Assembly (NCBI GenBank): GCA_963933905.1
Contig: CAWVWS010000002.1
Coordinates: forward strand, 8,382-72,381
Source: an uncultured Sulfitobacter sp.
GTDB lineage: Bacteria; Pseudomonadota; Alphaproteobacteria; Rhodobacterales; Rhodobacteraceae
DNA length: 64,000 nt
Reading direction: 5' to 3'
The notes below the pieces were generated by a model. It was not told the origin of the DNA, ran no database searches, and worked only from the letters and a program-made list of their open reading frames with translations. How positions within the stretch are numbered: the stretch's first letter is position 1; the number at the start of each line of letters is the position of its first letter. A program made the translations under genes and the position numbers. Below are positions 9,114 through 19,051 of the stretch, one piece after another.

Positions 9114-10420
9114 AAGATCTTACCCCCGATCTCAGCACACTTGATCCTATCGAAATTGCAAGCCGCGACGAGATCCAAGCGCTCCAACTGGAGCGGCTGA
9201 AGTGGTCCGTGCGCCATGCCTATGACAATGTGCCGTTCTACAAAAACAGCTTTGACGCGGCGGGGGTGCATCCTGACGACATCAAAGAGTTGAGCGATCT
9301 GGCGAAGTTCCCTTTCACCGTCAAGACAGACCTGCGCGACAACTACCCTTTTGGCATGTTCGCCGTTCCTCAGGATCAGGTGAAGCGTATCCATGCCTCC
9401 TCTGGCACAACGGGTCAGCCGACTGTTGTTGGCTATACCGAAAATGACCTGAAAAATTGGGGCAATGTGGTTGCACGATCCTTGCGCGCAGCAGGTATGT
9501 GCCCCGGTGACATGCTGCACAACGCGTATGGATATGGTCTGTTCACAGGAGGGATGGGCATCCACCTCGGGGCAGATGCACTGGGCCTGTCTACGATCCC
9601 GATTTCGGGCGGGATGACACCGCGTCAGGTGCGCCTGATTGAGGATTTCAAGCCGAAGGGCATCACTGTCACGCCCTCTTATGCACTCTCCATTCTGGAT
9701 GAGTTCAACGCCCAAGGATTGGACCCGCGGGACTGCTCGCTGCAAGTAGGTATCTTTGGTGCCGAACCATGGACGAATGCCATGCGCCTCGAGATCGAGC
9801 AGGCGTTTGATATGCACGCGGTCGATATCTATGGCCTCTCCGAAGTCATGGGGCCAGGGGTCTCAATGGAATGTGTCGAGAGCAAGGATGGCCTGCACAT
9901 TTGGGAAGACCATTTTTACCCCGAGATCATTAATCCCGAAACTGGCGAAGTCGTCGCCGAAGGGGAGCAGGGCGAGTTGGTGTTTACATCACTCACCAAA
10001 GAAGCGTTCCCCATTATCCGCTACCGTACCCGCGATCTGACGCGGCTGTTGGCAGGCACCGCACGCAGCATGCGCCGGATGGAGAAGGTCACAGGGCGCA
10101 GTGACGATATGATTATCCTGCGCGGGGTAAATGTATTCCCGACGCAGATTGAAGAGCTGATTATGCAGCAGCCCGCCTTGGCGCCGCACTTCCAGATTGA
10201 GTTGGCGCGTCCGGATCGCATGGATCAGATGCGTATTCTTACCGAAGCCTCGGACACGAGCGCAAATGAGGCTACCCGCGCTGAAGCCACTGCCATGCTG
10301 TCGGCGGCGGTGAAACAAGCGGTCGGTATAAGCGTGAAGGTCGAGGTCGGCGCAAGTGGCTCTGTCCCCCGTTCGGAAGGCAAAGCCGTTCGCATCGTGG
10401 ACAACCGTCCAAAATCCTAG
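9110..10420 (+). CDS. paaK: Phenylacetate-CoA ligase
   Basis: DLRDNYPFG, HASSGTTG, DIYGLSE, RYRTRD and GRSDDM. Confidence 0.95.
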   Translation: MKDLTPDLSTLDPIEIASRDEIQALQLERLKWSVRHAYDNVPFYKNSFDAAGVHPDDIKELSDLAKFPFTVKTDLRDNYPFGMFAVPQDQVKRIHASSGTTGQPTVVGYTENDLKNWGNVVARSLRAAGMCPGDMLHNAYGYGLFTGGMGIHLGADALGLSTIPISGGMTPRQVRLIEDFKPKGITVTPSYALSILDEFNAQGLDPRDCSLQVGIFGAEPWTNAMRLEIEQAFDMHAVDIYGLSEVMGPGVSMECVESKDGLHIWEDHFYPEIINPETGEVVAEGEQGELVFTSLTKEAFPIIRYRTRDLTRLLAGTARSMRRMEKVTGRSDDMIILRGVNVFPTQIEELIMQQPALAPHFQIELARPDRMDQMRILTEASDTSANEATRAEATAMLSAAVKQAVGISVKVEVGASGSVPRSEGKAVRIVDNRPKS

Positions 10421-10695
10421 CCGCAGGTGATAGCGATGATGTTGTCGGTCTCGTTCAGCTGAACATTCAGCCGCCCTGCGTTGAATTCGGTGGTGACTGC
10501 ATCATTCGGGCCGACAAGCCGCTTTGGTTCTGGCAAAGCCAGCGATAAGGCGGCGTCCATTCCGACCAAACCCTGATGGGCCGCTGCATTACATGTGTCT
10601 GGCCCGCTCGCAGGGGCAGCGCCTGTGCGCGATGTGGTGGTTGGGAGTGCGCCGCAACCTGCCACGAACAACGCTGCCAAAACTGTGTATTTCAT
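10417..10695 (-). CDS. Peptidase inhibitor I78 family lipoprotein
   Basis: Lipobox FVAGC; DTCNA...VTTEFNAGRLNV...ITCG. Confidence 0.82.
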   Translation of the reverse strand: MKYTVLAALFVAGCGALPTTTSRTGAAPASGPDTCNAAAHQGLVGMDAALSLALPEPKRLVGPNDAVTTEFNAGRLNVQLNETDNIIAITCG

Positions 10696-10853
10696 CTACC
10701 GATCCTCATAAAAACTTACGTTGCAGCACTATCACCTAACTAGGCTCTGTTCGCCAGTGCTGCTTGGGACGATCTGTGGTCACCCGATGCGCCGTCACCC
10801 TCATGGGCCAGTTTCCACTAGCGCAAGAACCATCACCAAGCTATCTGTCAGGC

Positions 10854-11783
10854 ATGCTGGCGATCTTCCTCAAAACCCTGCCCTTTTTTGCACTCATCGG
10901 TCTGGGGTACTGGGCCGGTAGGACGCGGTTTTTTACTGCGGAGGCAACCGCCTATCTGACAAAATTTGTTTTTTACTTTGCGCTGTCCGCCATGCTGTTC
11001 CGGTTCTCCGCAAACCTGTCATTGGCTGAAGTCTGGGACGGGCGTCTGGTTGCTGCCTATCTTTGGGGCACTGCCTTTGTCTATGGCATCGCGATGCTTG
11101 TCAGCTATCTGCGCGGGCTCAATGTAGAAATCACAGCAATTGAGGCGCAATGCGCTGCCATCGGAAATGTAGGATTTCTTGGCGTTCCCATGCTTGTGCT
11201 TTTGCTGGGACCCCAAGCGATTGGCCCCGTTATGCTAGCCTTGGCAGTGGATTTGATTGTCTTTTCATCGCTGATCACAATCCTTATCACCGGATCACGC
11301 GATGGCAGGATGAGTTTTTCCATTTTGCGCACTGTCGGCCTTGGACTGGTGCGTAATCCAATGATTGTGGCTATTACCCTCGGCCTTCTTTGGTCAGGTC
11401 TGGAAATTCCGATCCCTGCCCCCATGAACGAGTTTTTGACCCTGCTCGGCGCAGCCGCAACACCCGGTGCGTTGTTTGCGATTGGTGCATCGCTCGCCTC
11501 CAAGTCGGCAGAGCATATTTCAGTTGCGGGCTGGCTCAGCTTTTGCAAGCTGGTCTTGCACCCTCTGCTGGTCGCTTTTGCCTGTTTTGTGTTGTTTAAA
11601 GTGGATCCCTATCAGGCCACTGTCGTCATTTCCGCAGCTGCCCTCCCCGTGGCAGGCAATGTCTATATCCTCGCCCAACACTACGGCGTAGCGCCCCAGC
11701 GCGTTTCAGCGACGATCCTTGTCTCGACCGCGCTGAGCATTGTAACCGTTAGCCTCTGGATCGGATGGCTTACAGGCAGCTAA
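10854..11783 (+). CDS. AEC family transporter
   Basis: About 10 TM segments; GNVGFLGVP, KLVLHP and AALPVAGNVY; start placed at MLAIFLK. Confidence 0.88.
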   Translation: MLAIFLKTLPFFALIGLGYWAGRTRFFTAEATAYLTKFVFYFALSAMLFRFSANLSLAEVWDGRLVAAYLWGTAFVYGIAMLVSYLRGLNVEITAIEAQCAAIGNVGFLGVPMLVLLLGPQAIGPVMLALAVDLIVFSSLITILITGSRDGRMSFSILRTVGLGLVRNPMIVAITLGLLWSGLEIPIPAPMNEFLTLLGAAATPGALFAIGASLASKSAEHISVAGWLSFCKLVLHPLLVAFACFVLFKVDPYQATVVISAAALPVAGNVYILAQHYGVAPQRVSATILVSTALSIVTVSLWIGWLTGS

Positions 11784-11841
11784 CACTTGCCCCTGCGCCC
11801 CCCGCTCGGTAGCCATGGGTGATCTCGCAATAGGAGCCCCC

Positions 11842-12675
11842 ATGGAAACCCTCTCGTCCTACGCCTGCTTTAGTGGCACGCAACATGTCATCAAACACGC
11901 ATCCACCACCTGCGCGTGCGATATGACCTTTGCACTTTTCCTGCCCGCAGAGGCGCAAGACGGTCCTGTACCCCTCCTTTGGTTCTTGTCAGGGCTTACC
12001 TGCACCCATGAGAATGCCATGGTCAAAGCAGGCGCACAGGCATGGGCCGCCGAGCAAGGTATCGCGCTTGTCTTCCCCGACACCTCGCCCCGCGGTGACG
12101 TTGTCGCCAACGACGAAGCATACGATCTGGGTCAAGGTGCGGGTTTCTATGTGAACGCAACCCAGGACCCATGGCAGCCGCATTTCCAAATGTGGTCTTA
12201 TATCGCTGAGGAATTGCCTGCCCTTCTGGCCAAGAATTATCCGCTGGATATGGAGCGCCAATCCATCACAGGCCATTCCATGGGTGGCCATGGTGCGCTC
12301 ACACTTGCGATGTCTTATCCTGAACGCTTTGCTTCAGTTTCCGCCTTTGCGCCCATCGCGCACCCCACGGCAAGTGACTGGGGCCGCAAGCAGCTCACCG
12401 CTTATCTGGGGAGTGACGAAAGCACATGGCCCGCCCATGATGCGACTTTGCTCATGCAGGAAAAAGGCTTTGACGGGCCTGTGCTGATTGATCAGGGGAC
12501 TGATGATCAGTTTCTTGATCTGTTGCAGCCCGAAGCGCTGAGTGCTGCAATGGCCAAGCGCCGCCAGAACAGCATCTTCCGTATGCAGCCAGGATATGAC
12601 CACAGCTACTTCTTCATCGCGACCTTTATGGAAGATCACGTAACTTTCCACGCAGACGCGCTGTGGTCCGCATGA
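11842..12675 (+). CDS. fghA: S-formylglutathione hydrolase
   Basis: [23 protein letters not shown] and GYDHSYFF; AGGAG SD. Confidence 0.95.
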   Translation: METLSSYACFSGTQHVIKHASTTCACDMTFALFLPAEAQDGPVPLLWFLSGLTCTHENAMVKAGAQAWAAEQGIALVFPDTSPRGDVVANDEAYDLGQGAGFYVNATQDPWQPHFQMWSYIAEELPALLAKNYPLDMERQSITGHSMGGHGALTLAMSYPERFASVSAFAPIAHPTASDWGRKQLTAYLGSDESTWPAHDATLLMQEKGFDGPVLIDQGTDDQFLDLLQPEALSAAMAKRRQNSIFRMQPGYDHSYFFIATFMEDHVTFHADALWSA

Positions 12676-13127
12676 CGGCCGTCTACATTGATGCAGACGC
12701 CTGTCCGGTGAAGGACGAGGCCGAGCGCGTGATAACGCGGCATAAGATCAAGATGTATATGGTGTGCAACGGTGGCCTGCGCCCCTCGCGCAATCCCTTT
12801 GTCGAGAATATCATTGTGCCTGACGGGCCCGACGTGGCCGATATGTGGATCGCGGACCGTGCGGGCCTTGGCGATGTGGTGGTGACAGGGGACATACCAT
12901 TAGCCGCCAAATGTGTCGAAGCCAGCGCGCGGGTGATAAAGCATAACGGCGAGGCACTGACTCAAGCCAACATCGGCAACGTGCTGGCGACCCGTGATCT
13001 GATGACAGACCTGCGCGCAGCTGATCCGTTTCGCCAAGGGGGCGGCAAAGGCTTTACAAAGGCGGATCGCTCCCGCTTTCTTGAAGCGCTCGAGCGCGAA
13101 ATCAGAGCGGCAAGAAAATTAGGTTAG
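12672..13127 (+). CDS. YaiI/YqxD family protein
   Basis: [10 protein letters not shown] and VVTGDIPLA. Confidence 0.9.
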   Translation: MTAVYIDADACPVKDEAERVITRHKIKMYMVCNGGLRPSRNPFVENIIVPDGPDVADMWIADRAGLGDVVVTGDIPLAAKCVEASARVIKHNGEALTQANIGNVLATRDLMTDLRAADPFRQGGGKGFTKADRSRFLEALEREIRAARKLG

Positions 13128-13171
13128 CCGAATTTTCAAGACGAATTCCGTCTCCCGCTGAAAGGTAGAAC

Positions 13172-13792
13172 ATGACCCCGAAGGCAGTGATCTTTGACAT
13201 CGGTAACGTGCTCATTGAATGGCAGCCCGAGAGGTATTTTGATGGCTGGCTTGGTGAAGAACGCAGACGCGCAATGTTTTCCGAAGTTGATCTGCACGGA
13301 ATGAACGACCGTGTGGACAGGGGCGAAAATTTTACCAAGGTGATTACCGAGACAGCAGATGCTTTCCCGCACTGGCAGTCCGAAATCTGGCACTGGCACG
13401 ACAACTGGCTCGATCTGGCCTCTCCCGTGATTGAACATTCTGTCCGCCTGGTGGAAGCCTTGCAGAAAAAGAATGTGCCTGTCTTCTCCCTCACCAATTT
13501 TGGGATTGAGACCTACGCTTTAGCAGCAACCAAGTACTTTTTTTTGCGCGGGTTCGACCGTGATTTTATCTCTGGTCATATGGGCGTGATCAAACCTGAT
13601 CCGCAAATTTATCAAATGCTGGAGTTTGGATCAGGCCTGTCGGGCGAAGACCTCTTGTTTGCCGATGACCGCGCAGACAACATCAAAGCAGCCTCACTAA
13701 GGGGCTGGCAAACACACCTGTTTGAAGGGCCACTGGGATGGGCCGATCGTTTAGTCGCCGCAGGGTTGCTTACAAAGGAGGAGGCTCAATGA
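13172..13792 (+). CDS. HAD-family phosphatase
   Basis: FDIGNVL, LTN, KPDPQIY and FADD. Confidence 0.9.
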   Translation: MTPKAVIFDIGNVLIEWQPERYFDGWLGEERRRAMFSEVDLHGMNDRVDRGENFTKVITETADAFPHWQSEIWHWHDNWLDLASPVIEHSVRLVEALQKKNVPVFSLTNFGIETYALAATKYFFLRGFDRDFISGHMGVIKPDPQIYQMLEFGSGLSGEDLLFADDRADNIKAASLRGWQTHLFEGPLGWADRLVAAGLLTKEEAQ

Positions 13793-14712
13793 CATCTATT
13801 CCCTTCATATCCTTCGAAGAGGGTGAAAAACTCCTCGACTGGATTGCGCTGACCGATGCCTTGGCAAAAGGGCACATGCGCCCCAAGGCCGAGATTGGCG
13901 ATACATTCCTTTACCGCGATCCTGATACGCTGCTCAGCCGTGCGGCATGGATTGACGGCATGGGTATAGCCGTGAAATCCGCCACAATATTTCCGCGCAA
14001 CAGCGATCAGGGCAAACCAAACATCAACGGTGGCGTGAGCCTCTATTCAGACACGGACGGTACGCTGGAAGCGATCATTGATTTCCATCTTGTGACGAAG
14101 TGGAAGACCGCAGGAGATAGCCTGTTGGCGGCCCGTCGCCTTGCGCGGCCCGATGCAAAACGCATCCTACTGGTGGGTGCTGGCACAGTCGCGCGGTCCT
14201 TGCATGCGGCCTATTCCGCAGCCTTTCCGGATGCTTCCTTTTCGGTCTGGAGCAGAACCCGCGCAAGTGCAGATGCCTTCGCCGCACAGCTGCCTGATGT
14301 TGCCGTTGCGGATCATTTGGAATCAGCCGTGGGTGAGGCCGAGATCATCGGCAGCGCCACAATGACGACCGAACCTGTGATAAAAGGCGCATGGCTCGAA
14401 CCAGGCCAGCACCTTGACCTCATCGGCGCATACCGCCCCGACATGCGCGAAGTAGACGACGAGGCCCTCAACCGTGCGCGTCTTTTTGTTGACAGTTTCG
14501 ATACCACTTTGGGCCATATCGGTGAGATCAAAATCCCGTTGGAGAATGGCGCCATCACACGTGAGAACATCATTGCAGACTATTATGATCTGTCCAAGTT
14601 CAAGCGTACTTCGGACGATGAAATCACCATCTGCAAGAATGGTGGCGGTGCCCATCTGGATCTGATGACCAGCCGCTACATCCTCGACCAATGGCGTAAC
14701 GCATCCTCGTGA
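13789..14712 (+). CDS. Ornithine cyclodeaminase/mu-crystallin family protein
   Basis: TKWKTAGDS, VGAGTVA, LIGAYRPDMRE and KNGGGAHLDL. Confidence 0.88.
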   Translation: MTSIPFISFEEGEKLLDWIALTDALAKGHMRPKAEIGDTFLYRDPDTLLSRAAWIDGMGIAVKSATIFPRNSDQGKPNINGGVSLYSDTDGTLEAIIDFHLVTKWKTAGDSLLAARRLARPDAKRILLVGAGTVARSLHAAYSAAFPDASFSVWSRTRASADAFAAQLPDVAVADHLESAVGEAEIIGSATMTTEPVIKGAWLEPGQHLDLIGAYRPDMREVDDEALNRARLFVDSFDTTLGHIGEIKIPLENGAITRENIIADYYDLSKFKRTSDDEITICKNGGGAHLDLMTSRYILDQWRNASS

Positions 14713-15656
14713 TCTGGTTCATCCTCCTCCTCGTTGCTATTGTCGCAACCCCCTTTGTGGTCGAACATTACCGTGCCGTCATGAGTGATGGACGCCGCGG
14801 CTCTGCTCCGGGGCAGTTTGTAGAGCTGTCGCAAGGGGTGACACATTTTCATCTGAGCGGCCCAGTGGAAGGTCCTCTCATTGTCTGCATACACGGCCTG
14901 ACGACCCCTAGTTTCGTTTGGGCCCCACTTTCAAAAGGCCTCATTGCGCTGGGGTTCAGGGTTCTGGTCTATGACCTGTATGGGCGCGGGTTCTCGGACC
15001 GTCCCGACGGCCCCCAAGACAAGGCGTTCTTCAACCAACAGCTTGACGATCTTTTGACGCATCTCGACGTTGAGCACCCCTTTCACCTGATCGGCTATTC
15101 CATGGGCGGCGCGATTGCGACAGGTTTCGCCGCGGCCTACCCTCAGCGGGTGCAGCGCCTTGTACTGCTTGCCTCGGCAGGGATGACATTGGGAGAAACG
15201 GCCCTGCGCAAGTTTATCCGTGATCGCGGCATTGCTGGAAAGTGGCTTATGCTGGCCGCTTATCCAAACCTGCTCCGCCGTGGTATCCGCGCAGAGCGTG
15301 AATTAGGCACAGTGAGCCCCGATATTTCCGAAGGTCAGGAGGCGCAGCTCTCGTTTTAGGGATTTGTTCCCGCAGTCTTGGCCAGTGTGCAGGGCATCCT
15401 GTCCAGACCCATGGAAGGAGAGCATATGGCGCTGAGGCGCGGTGGCTTGCCTGTCCTTGCGATCTGGGGGGCGGAGGATCATGTGATCCCTGCCAGTGCT
15501 ATGGGCCAGCTCGCTGCGTAGAACCGCGATGTCACACATGAAGTGGTAGAGGATGCAGGTCACGGCCTGCCTTACACGCATACCAATGAAGTCCTTGCGC
15601 ATATCGCCAGTTTCCTACCTGCCCCGGAAGGCGACGATTGGGGTCACGACACCTAG
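14709..15656 (+). pseudogene. Alpha/beta hydrolase with N-terminal TM, two in-frame TAG stops (15357-15359, 15519-15521)
   Basis: HG oxyanion motif and GYSMGG nucleophile; the same frame continues LSF*GFVPAVL...IWGAEDHVIP...LAA*NRD...DAGHGLP to TAG 15654-15656. The catalytic Asp and His lie beyond the first stop. Confidence 0.88.
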
Positions 15657-16285
15657 CGGAAAGCGGGGTAACAGACCCCTGACGTTTTGCTTATCTTGCA
15701 GGCGCTGCGCATATACTGTTCGTATTTTGCCTCACTCTTCCCGTCAAAGCCGCCGCTCTTGTACTCTTGGGCCGTCATGTAGCATCCCCATGCGTGACCT
15801 GCCTTGCACATGGTCGAAAAGGTCTGGAACTGGCATTGAGGGGTCGAGGCTTCGGCGGGTTTGCCAGCGCTCCAAACAGTGTTCTTGATGGCGGCACCCG
15901 CATTCACACAAGCATTCCCGTCGCCCAAAGCACACGCCCGCATATAAAGCGGATAGGTCGCGAGATTGTCGTCCGGCGAGTTCCCCGCCTCAACAATTTG
16001 GGCCGCGTCAAAGCATGCTTTTCCATTACCACTTTTACATTAGGTGATGCATTTGCGCGGATTTTTGGTGCAATCGGCCACCTCTCCCGCAATAGCCGAT
16101 CCTGTCTTGTAGACGCTCGCAGGGCAGGACTGTGGAAAGCTGCTCAACAACGGGTCCGAGCGGACAAAGCCAATCATCGCAACCGCTTTCTTCTGTTGGG
16201 CGCTGCTGCTGCCAGCATCATTAGGTTGCGCGCTGTTGCAGGCGGAAAGGCCCAACATAATCAGGAAAATGGCTATATATCTCAT
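15653..16285 (-). pseudogene. Cys-rich Sel1/Hcp-like repeat lipoprotein with an in-frame TAA at 16040-16042
   Basis: Lipobox LSAC; ORFs 16040..16285 and 15653..15943 share a frame and read KCIT*CKSGNGKACFD...RACALGDGNAC...MCKAGHAWGC. Confidence 0.78.
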
Positions 16286-16317
16286 GACACTACCAATCCC
16301 GTTTCACTGTGAAAGTG

Positions 16318-17553
16318 TCAAGCAGTTGCAAGGCGCACAGGCTGTTCCCGAACGGGCAGATGGACAACCGCACTGAACGCACCGACGGCCACGCCAATCC
16401 ACCAGACAGTGGTATAGGTGCCATAAGCATCATACATGCGCCCCCCCAGCCAGACGCCCACAAAACTGCCCAATTGGTGGCTGAAAAAGATAATCCCGTA
16501 GAGCGTGCCCATATACCGCAAACCGTAAATGTGGGCGATCAATCCAGAGGTGAGCGGCACAGTGGCAAGCCAAAGTGACCCCATCGCGACGGAAAAAATA
16601 ACCACACTCAACGGCGTAATCGGCATTAGAATAAAGATCGCAGCGATAATTGTACGGCCCGTGTATATTCCGGCGAGCAGGTACTTCTTCGAGTACCGCT
16701 TACCGGCCCAACCCGCGAGTAGCGTACCGCCAACATTAGCGGCACCGATCAGCGAAATAGCGACAGCACCAAGAGCCGAAGTGGTCGTGATGCCCATGTT
16801 GTGCAGCGCACTTCCTGCAAGGATGGGGCCGCACATCTCTGTCACAAAAGCAGGAAAATGCGCCGTGATAAACGCCAGTTGATAGCCACAAGAGAAGAAA
16901 CCGAGGAAGATGAGCGTATAACTAGGATCTTTGAAAGCGCGCAGCAGGATCGTGCCCATCGCCTCTTCCAGCTCGGCACGGTTGACCTGAACTGGTGCGC
17001 GCATGAAGGGCAGCGTGAGGATCATCGATAGAATTGCAGCGGCAAAGACGACAAACACCATTTGCCAACTCATCATACCCATCAGCCATTCCGCCAATGG
17101 TGCGCCAAATATCTGGCCCGCACTGCCCGCTGCCGTGACAACCGCCAGCGCCATGGATCGGTTGTCGTCAGACGCCGCACGCCCCACAACAGCAAGGATC
17201 ACACCAAAGCCTGTACCCGCAATGCCAAAGCCCACCAGCCAAGCATAGGTTTGATGCGCAATCGGCGTGTCAGCCCCCGCCGACAGGATAAGGCCCAGCG
17301 CATAGATCACCGCACCCAGCACAATGGCTTTGCGGTCCCCGATCTTTTCCGCCATTGCCCCGAACAGCGGCTGCCCGATCCCCCACGCGAGGTTCTGGAT
17401 CGCAATCGCCAGCGAAAATTCAGCCCGAAGCCAGCCAAACTCCTCTGCGATAGGAATCTGGAACATGCCAAAAGAGGCGCGGATGGCGAAGCTGACCATG
17501 ATAATGATGCAGCCCACGATCAAGACAGGCGAGAAAAGGGGAGATTTTTCCAA
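16318..17553 (-). CDS. MFS transporter
   Basis: About 12 TM segments; GAMAEKIGDRK motif A; FFSHQLGSF. Confidence 0.9.
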   Translation of the reverse strand: MEKSPLFSPVLIVGCIIIMVSFAIRASFGMFQIPIAEEFGWLRAEFSLAIAIQNLAWGIGQPLFGAMAEKIGDRKAIVLGAVIYALGLILSAGADTPIAHQTYAWLVGFGIAGTGFGVILAVVGRAASDDNRSMALAVVTAAGSAGQIFGAPLAEWLMGMMSWQMVFVVFAAAILSMILTLPFMRAPVQVNRAELEEAMGTILLRAFKDPSYTLIFLGFFSCGYQLAFITAHFPAFVTEMCGPILAGSALHNMGITTTSALGAVAISLIGAANVGGTLLAGWAGKRYSKKYLLAGIYTGRTIIAAIFILMPITPLSVVIFSVAMGSLWLATVPLTSGLIAHIYGLRYMGTLYGIIFFSHQLGSFVGVWLGGRMYDAYGTYTTVWWIGVAVGAFSAVVHLPVREQPVRLATA

Positions 17554-17666
17554 AATGCGGCTCCAACAACGACCAGATCAAACTGCGCGCGGCGTTACGG
17601 ATCGTCAATCCGATGATTGTATGCACACACTTCCCAAGGGCACTTCTTGGCGGTAGGGAAAGGGCC

Positions 17667-18728
17667 ATGACAAATCTGCGCACACAATACGACCGAATGA
17701 TCGCTGATGGAACTTTGCGCCCCGACCCCGCGCAAGAAGCCTTGATGCCAGAGTTTGACCGCATCCGCGACACCCTTTTGAAGCCTATGAAAAAGGGGCT
17801 GTTTCGCAAAGCGCCCGAGCCGCCAAAGGGTCTTTATCTTTGGGGCGGTGTTGGGCGCGGGAAGTCCATGTTGATGGATATGTTTGTGAACAGTCTGGAA
17901 GGTATCCCAGCGCGGCGGGTACACTTCCATGCGTTTATGCAGGAAATCCACAGCGCCATGCACGAGGCCCGCAAAACGGGTGTTGATGATGCCATTGCCC
18001 CCGTAGCAAAAGCGGTGAGCAGCTCTGTCCGTTTGCTCGCCTTTGACGAAATGCAAATTACCGACATCACCGATGCGATGATCGTCGGCCGCTTGTTCGA
18101 GGCGCTGTTCGCGGACGGTGTGGTGGTCATCACTACCTCTAACCGTATCCCCGATGACCTTTATAAACACGGGCTGAACCGCAATCTGTTTGTGCCATTT
18201 ATCGAGCTTATCAAAGAAAAAATGGTTGTGCATGAATTGGCCAGCCCGACCGATTATCGTCAGGATCGCCTGTCTGGCAGCCCCGTCTATTTTACCCCCG
18301 TCAATGCAGAAAGCCACGCGGCAATGGATGCGGTCTGGCGCGACCTCACCGGCGGCGAGGCGGGGCCACTGACCCTGCGCGTCAAAGGACGTGATGTTAT
18401 CCTGCCCGCGTTTCGCAACGGGTTGGGCCGTGCACGGTTCCATGCACTCTGCGGCCAGCCATTGGGCGCCGCTGACTACCTCGCCTTGGCTGAAGCTGTC
18501 AAAGTGCTGATGCTGGATGATATCCCCGCATTGGGGCGCTCCAATTTCAACGAGGCAAAACGCTTTGTTACGTTGATTGATGCTCTCTATGAAGCGCGTG
18601 TCAAGTTGATCTGTTCTGCGGCGGCAGCACCTGAGATGCTTTATCTCGAAGGGGAAGGCACATTTGAATTTGAGCGGACAGCCTCGCGCCTGCGCGAAAT
18701 GCAAAGTGAGGATTGGACCGAAGTCTAA
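17667..18728 (+). CDS. zapE: Cell division ATPase ZapE (AFG1 family)
   Basis: GLYLWGGVGRGKS, FDEMQITD, TTSNR and FERTASRL. Confidence 0.93.
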   Translation: MTNLRTQYDRMIADGTLRPDPAQEALMPEFDRIRDTLLKPMKKGLFRKAPEPPKGLYLWGGVGRGKSMLMDMFVNSLEGIPARRVHFHAFMQEIHSAMHEARKTGVDDAIAPVAKAVSSSVRLLAFDEMQITDITDAMIVGRLFEALFADGVVVITTSNRIPDDLYKHGLNRNLFVPFIELIKEKMVVHELASPTDYRQDRLSGSPVYFTPVNAESHAAMDAVWRDLTGGEAGPLTLRVKGRDVILPAFRNGLGRARFHALCGQPLGAADYLALAEAVKVLMLDDIPALGRSNFNEAKRFVTLIDALYEARVKLICSAAAAPEMLYLEGEGTFEFERTASRLREMQSEDWTEV

Positions 18729-18934
18729 TTGCTGTCGGTTAGCCCCGTAAGGTCCAATGTTCCGCGCGTCACTGCGTCGTCATAGGCCTCGGGATGGTAC
18801 GGCGATTTTTGCCCCAGAAGGCTCCAGGCACCCAATCCCATGATTCCCAATGCGACGGTGCATGCGATAACCTGACCAAGAATTGCCGTTTTGGAATCAG
18901 AAGTAGTGTCGGTTTTTGTTGGCTCTGTGGGCAT
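18725..18934 (-). CDS. Small hypothetical single-TM protein (69 aa)
   Basis: GAGG SD 7 nt before ATG; hydrophobic segment ILGQVIACTVALGIMGLGAWSLL; fills the zapE-folC gap. Confidence 0.55.
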   Translation of the reverse strand: MPTEPTKTDTTSDSKTAILGQVIACTVALGIMGLGAWSLLGQKSPYHPEAYDDAVTRGTLDLTGLTDSN

Positions 18935-19051
18935 GCGCGATCCTCGGAATTATCAGTACTCATGCGTTCGTTTACATGGTCTGCTATTACGAGCTTCCTA
19001 AGGCCGAATTTGACCTTAGGTCAATCTTTGCACTCTCCATTTAGTGGCTGC

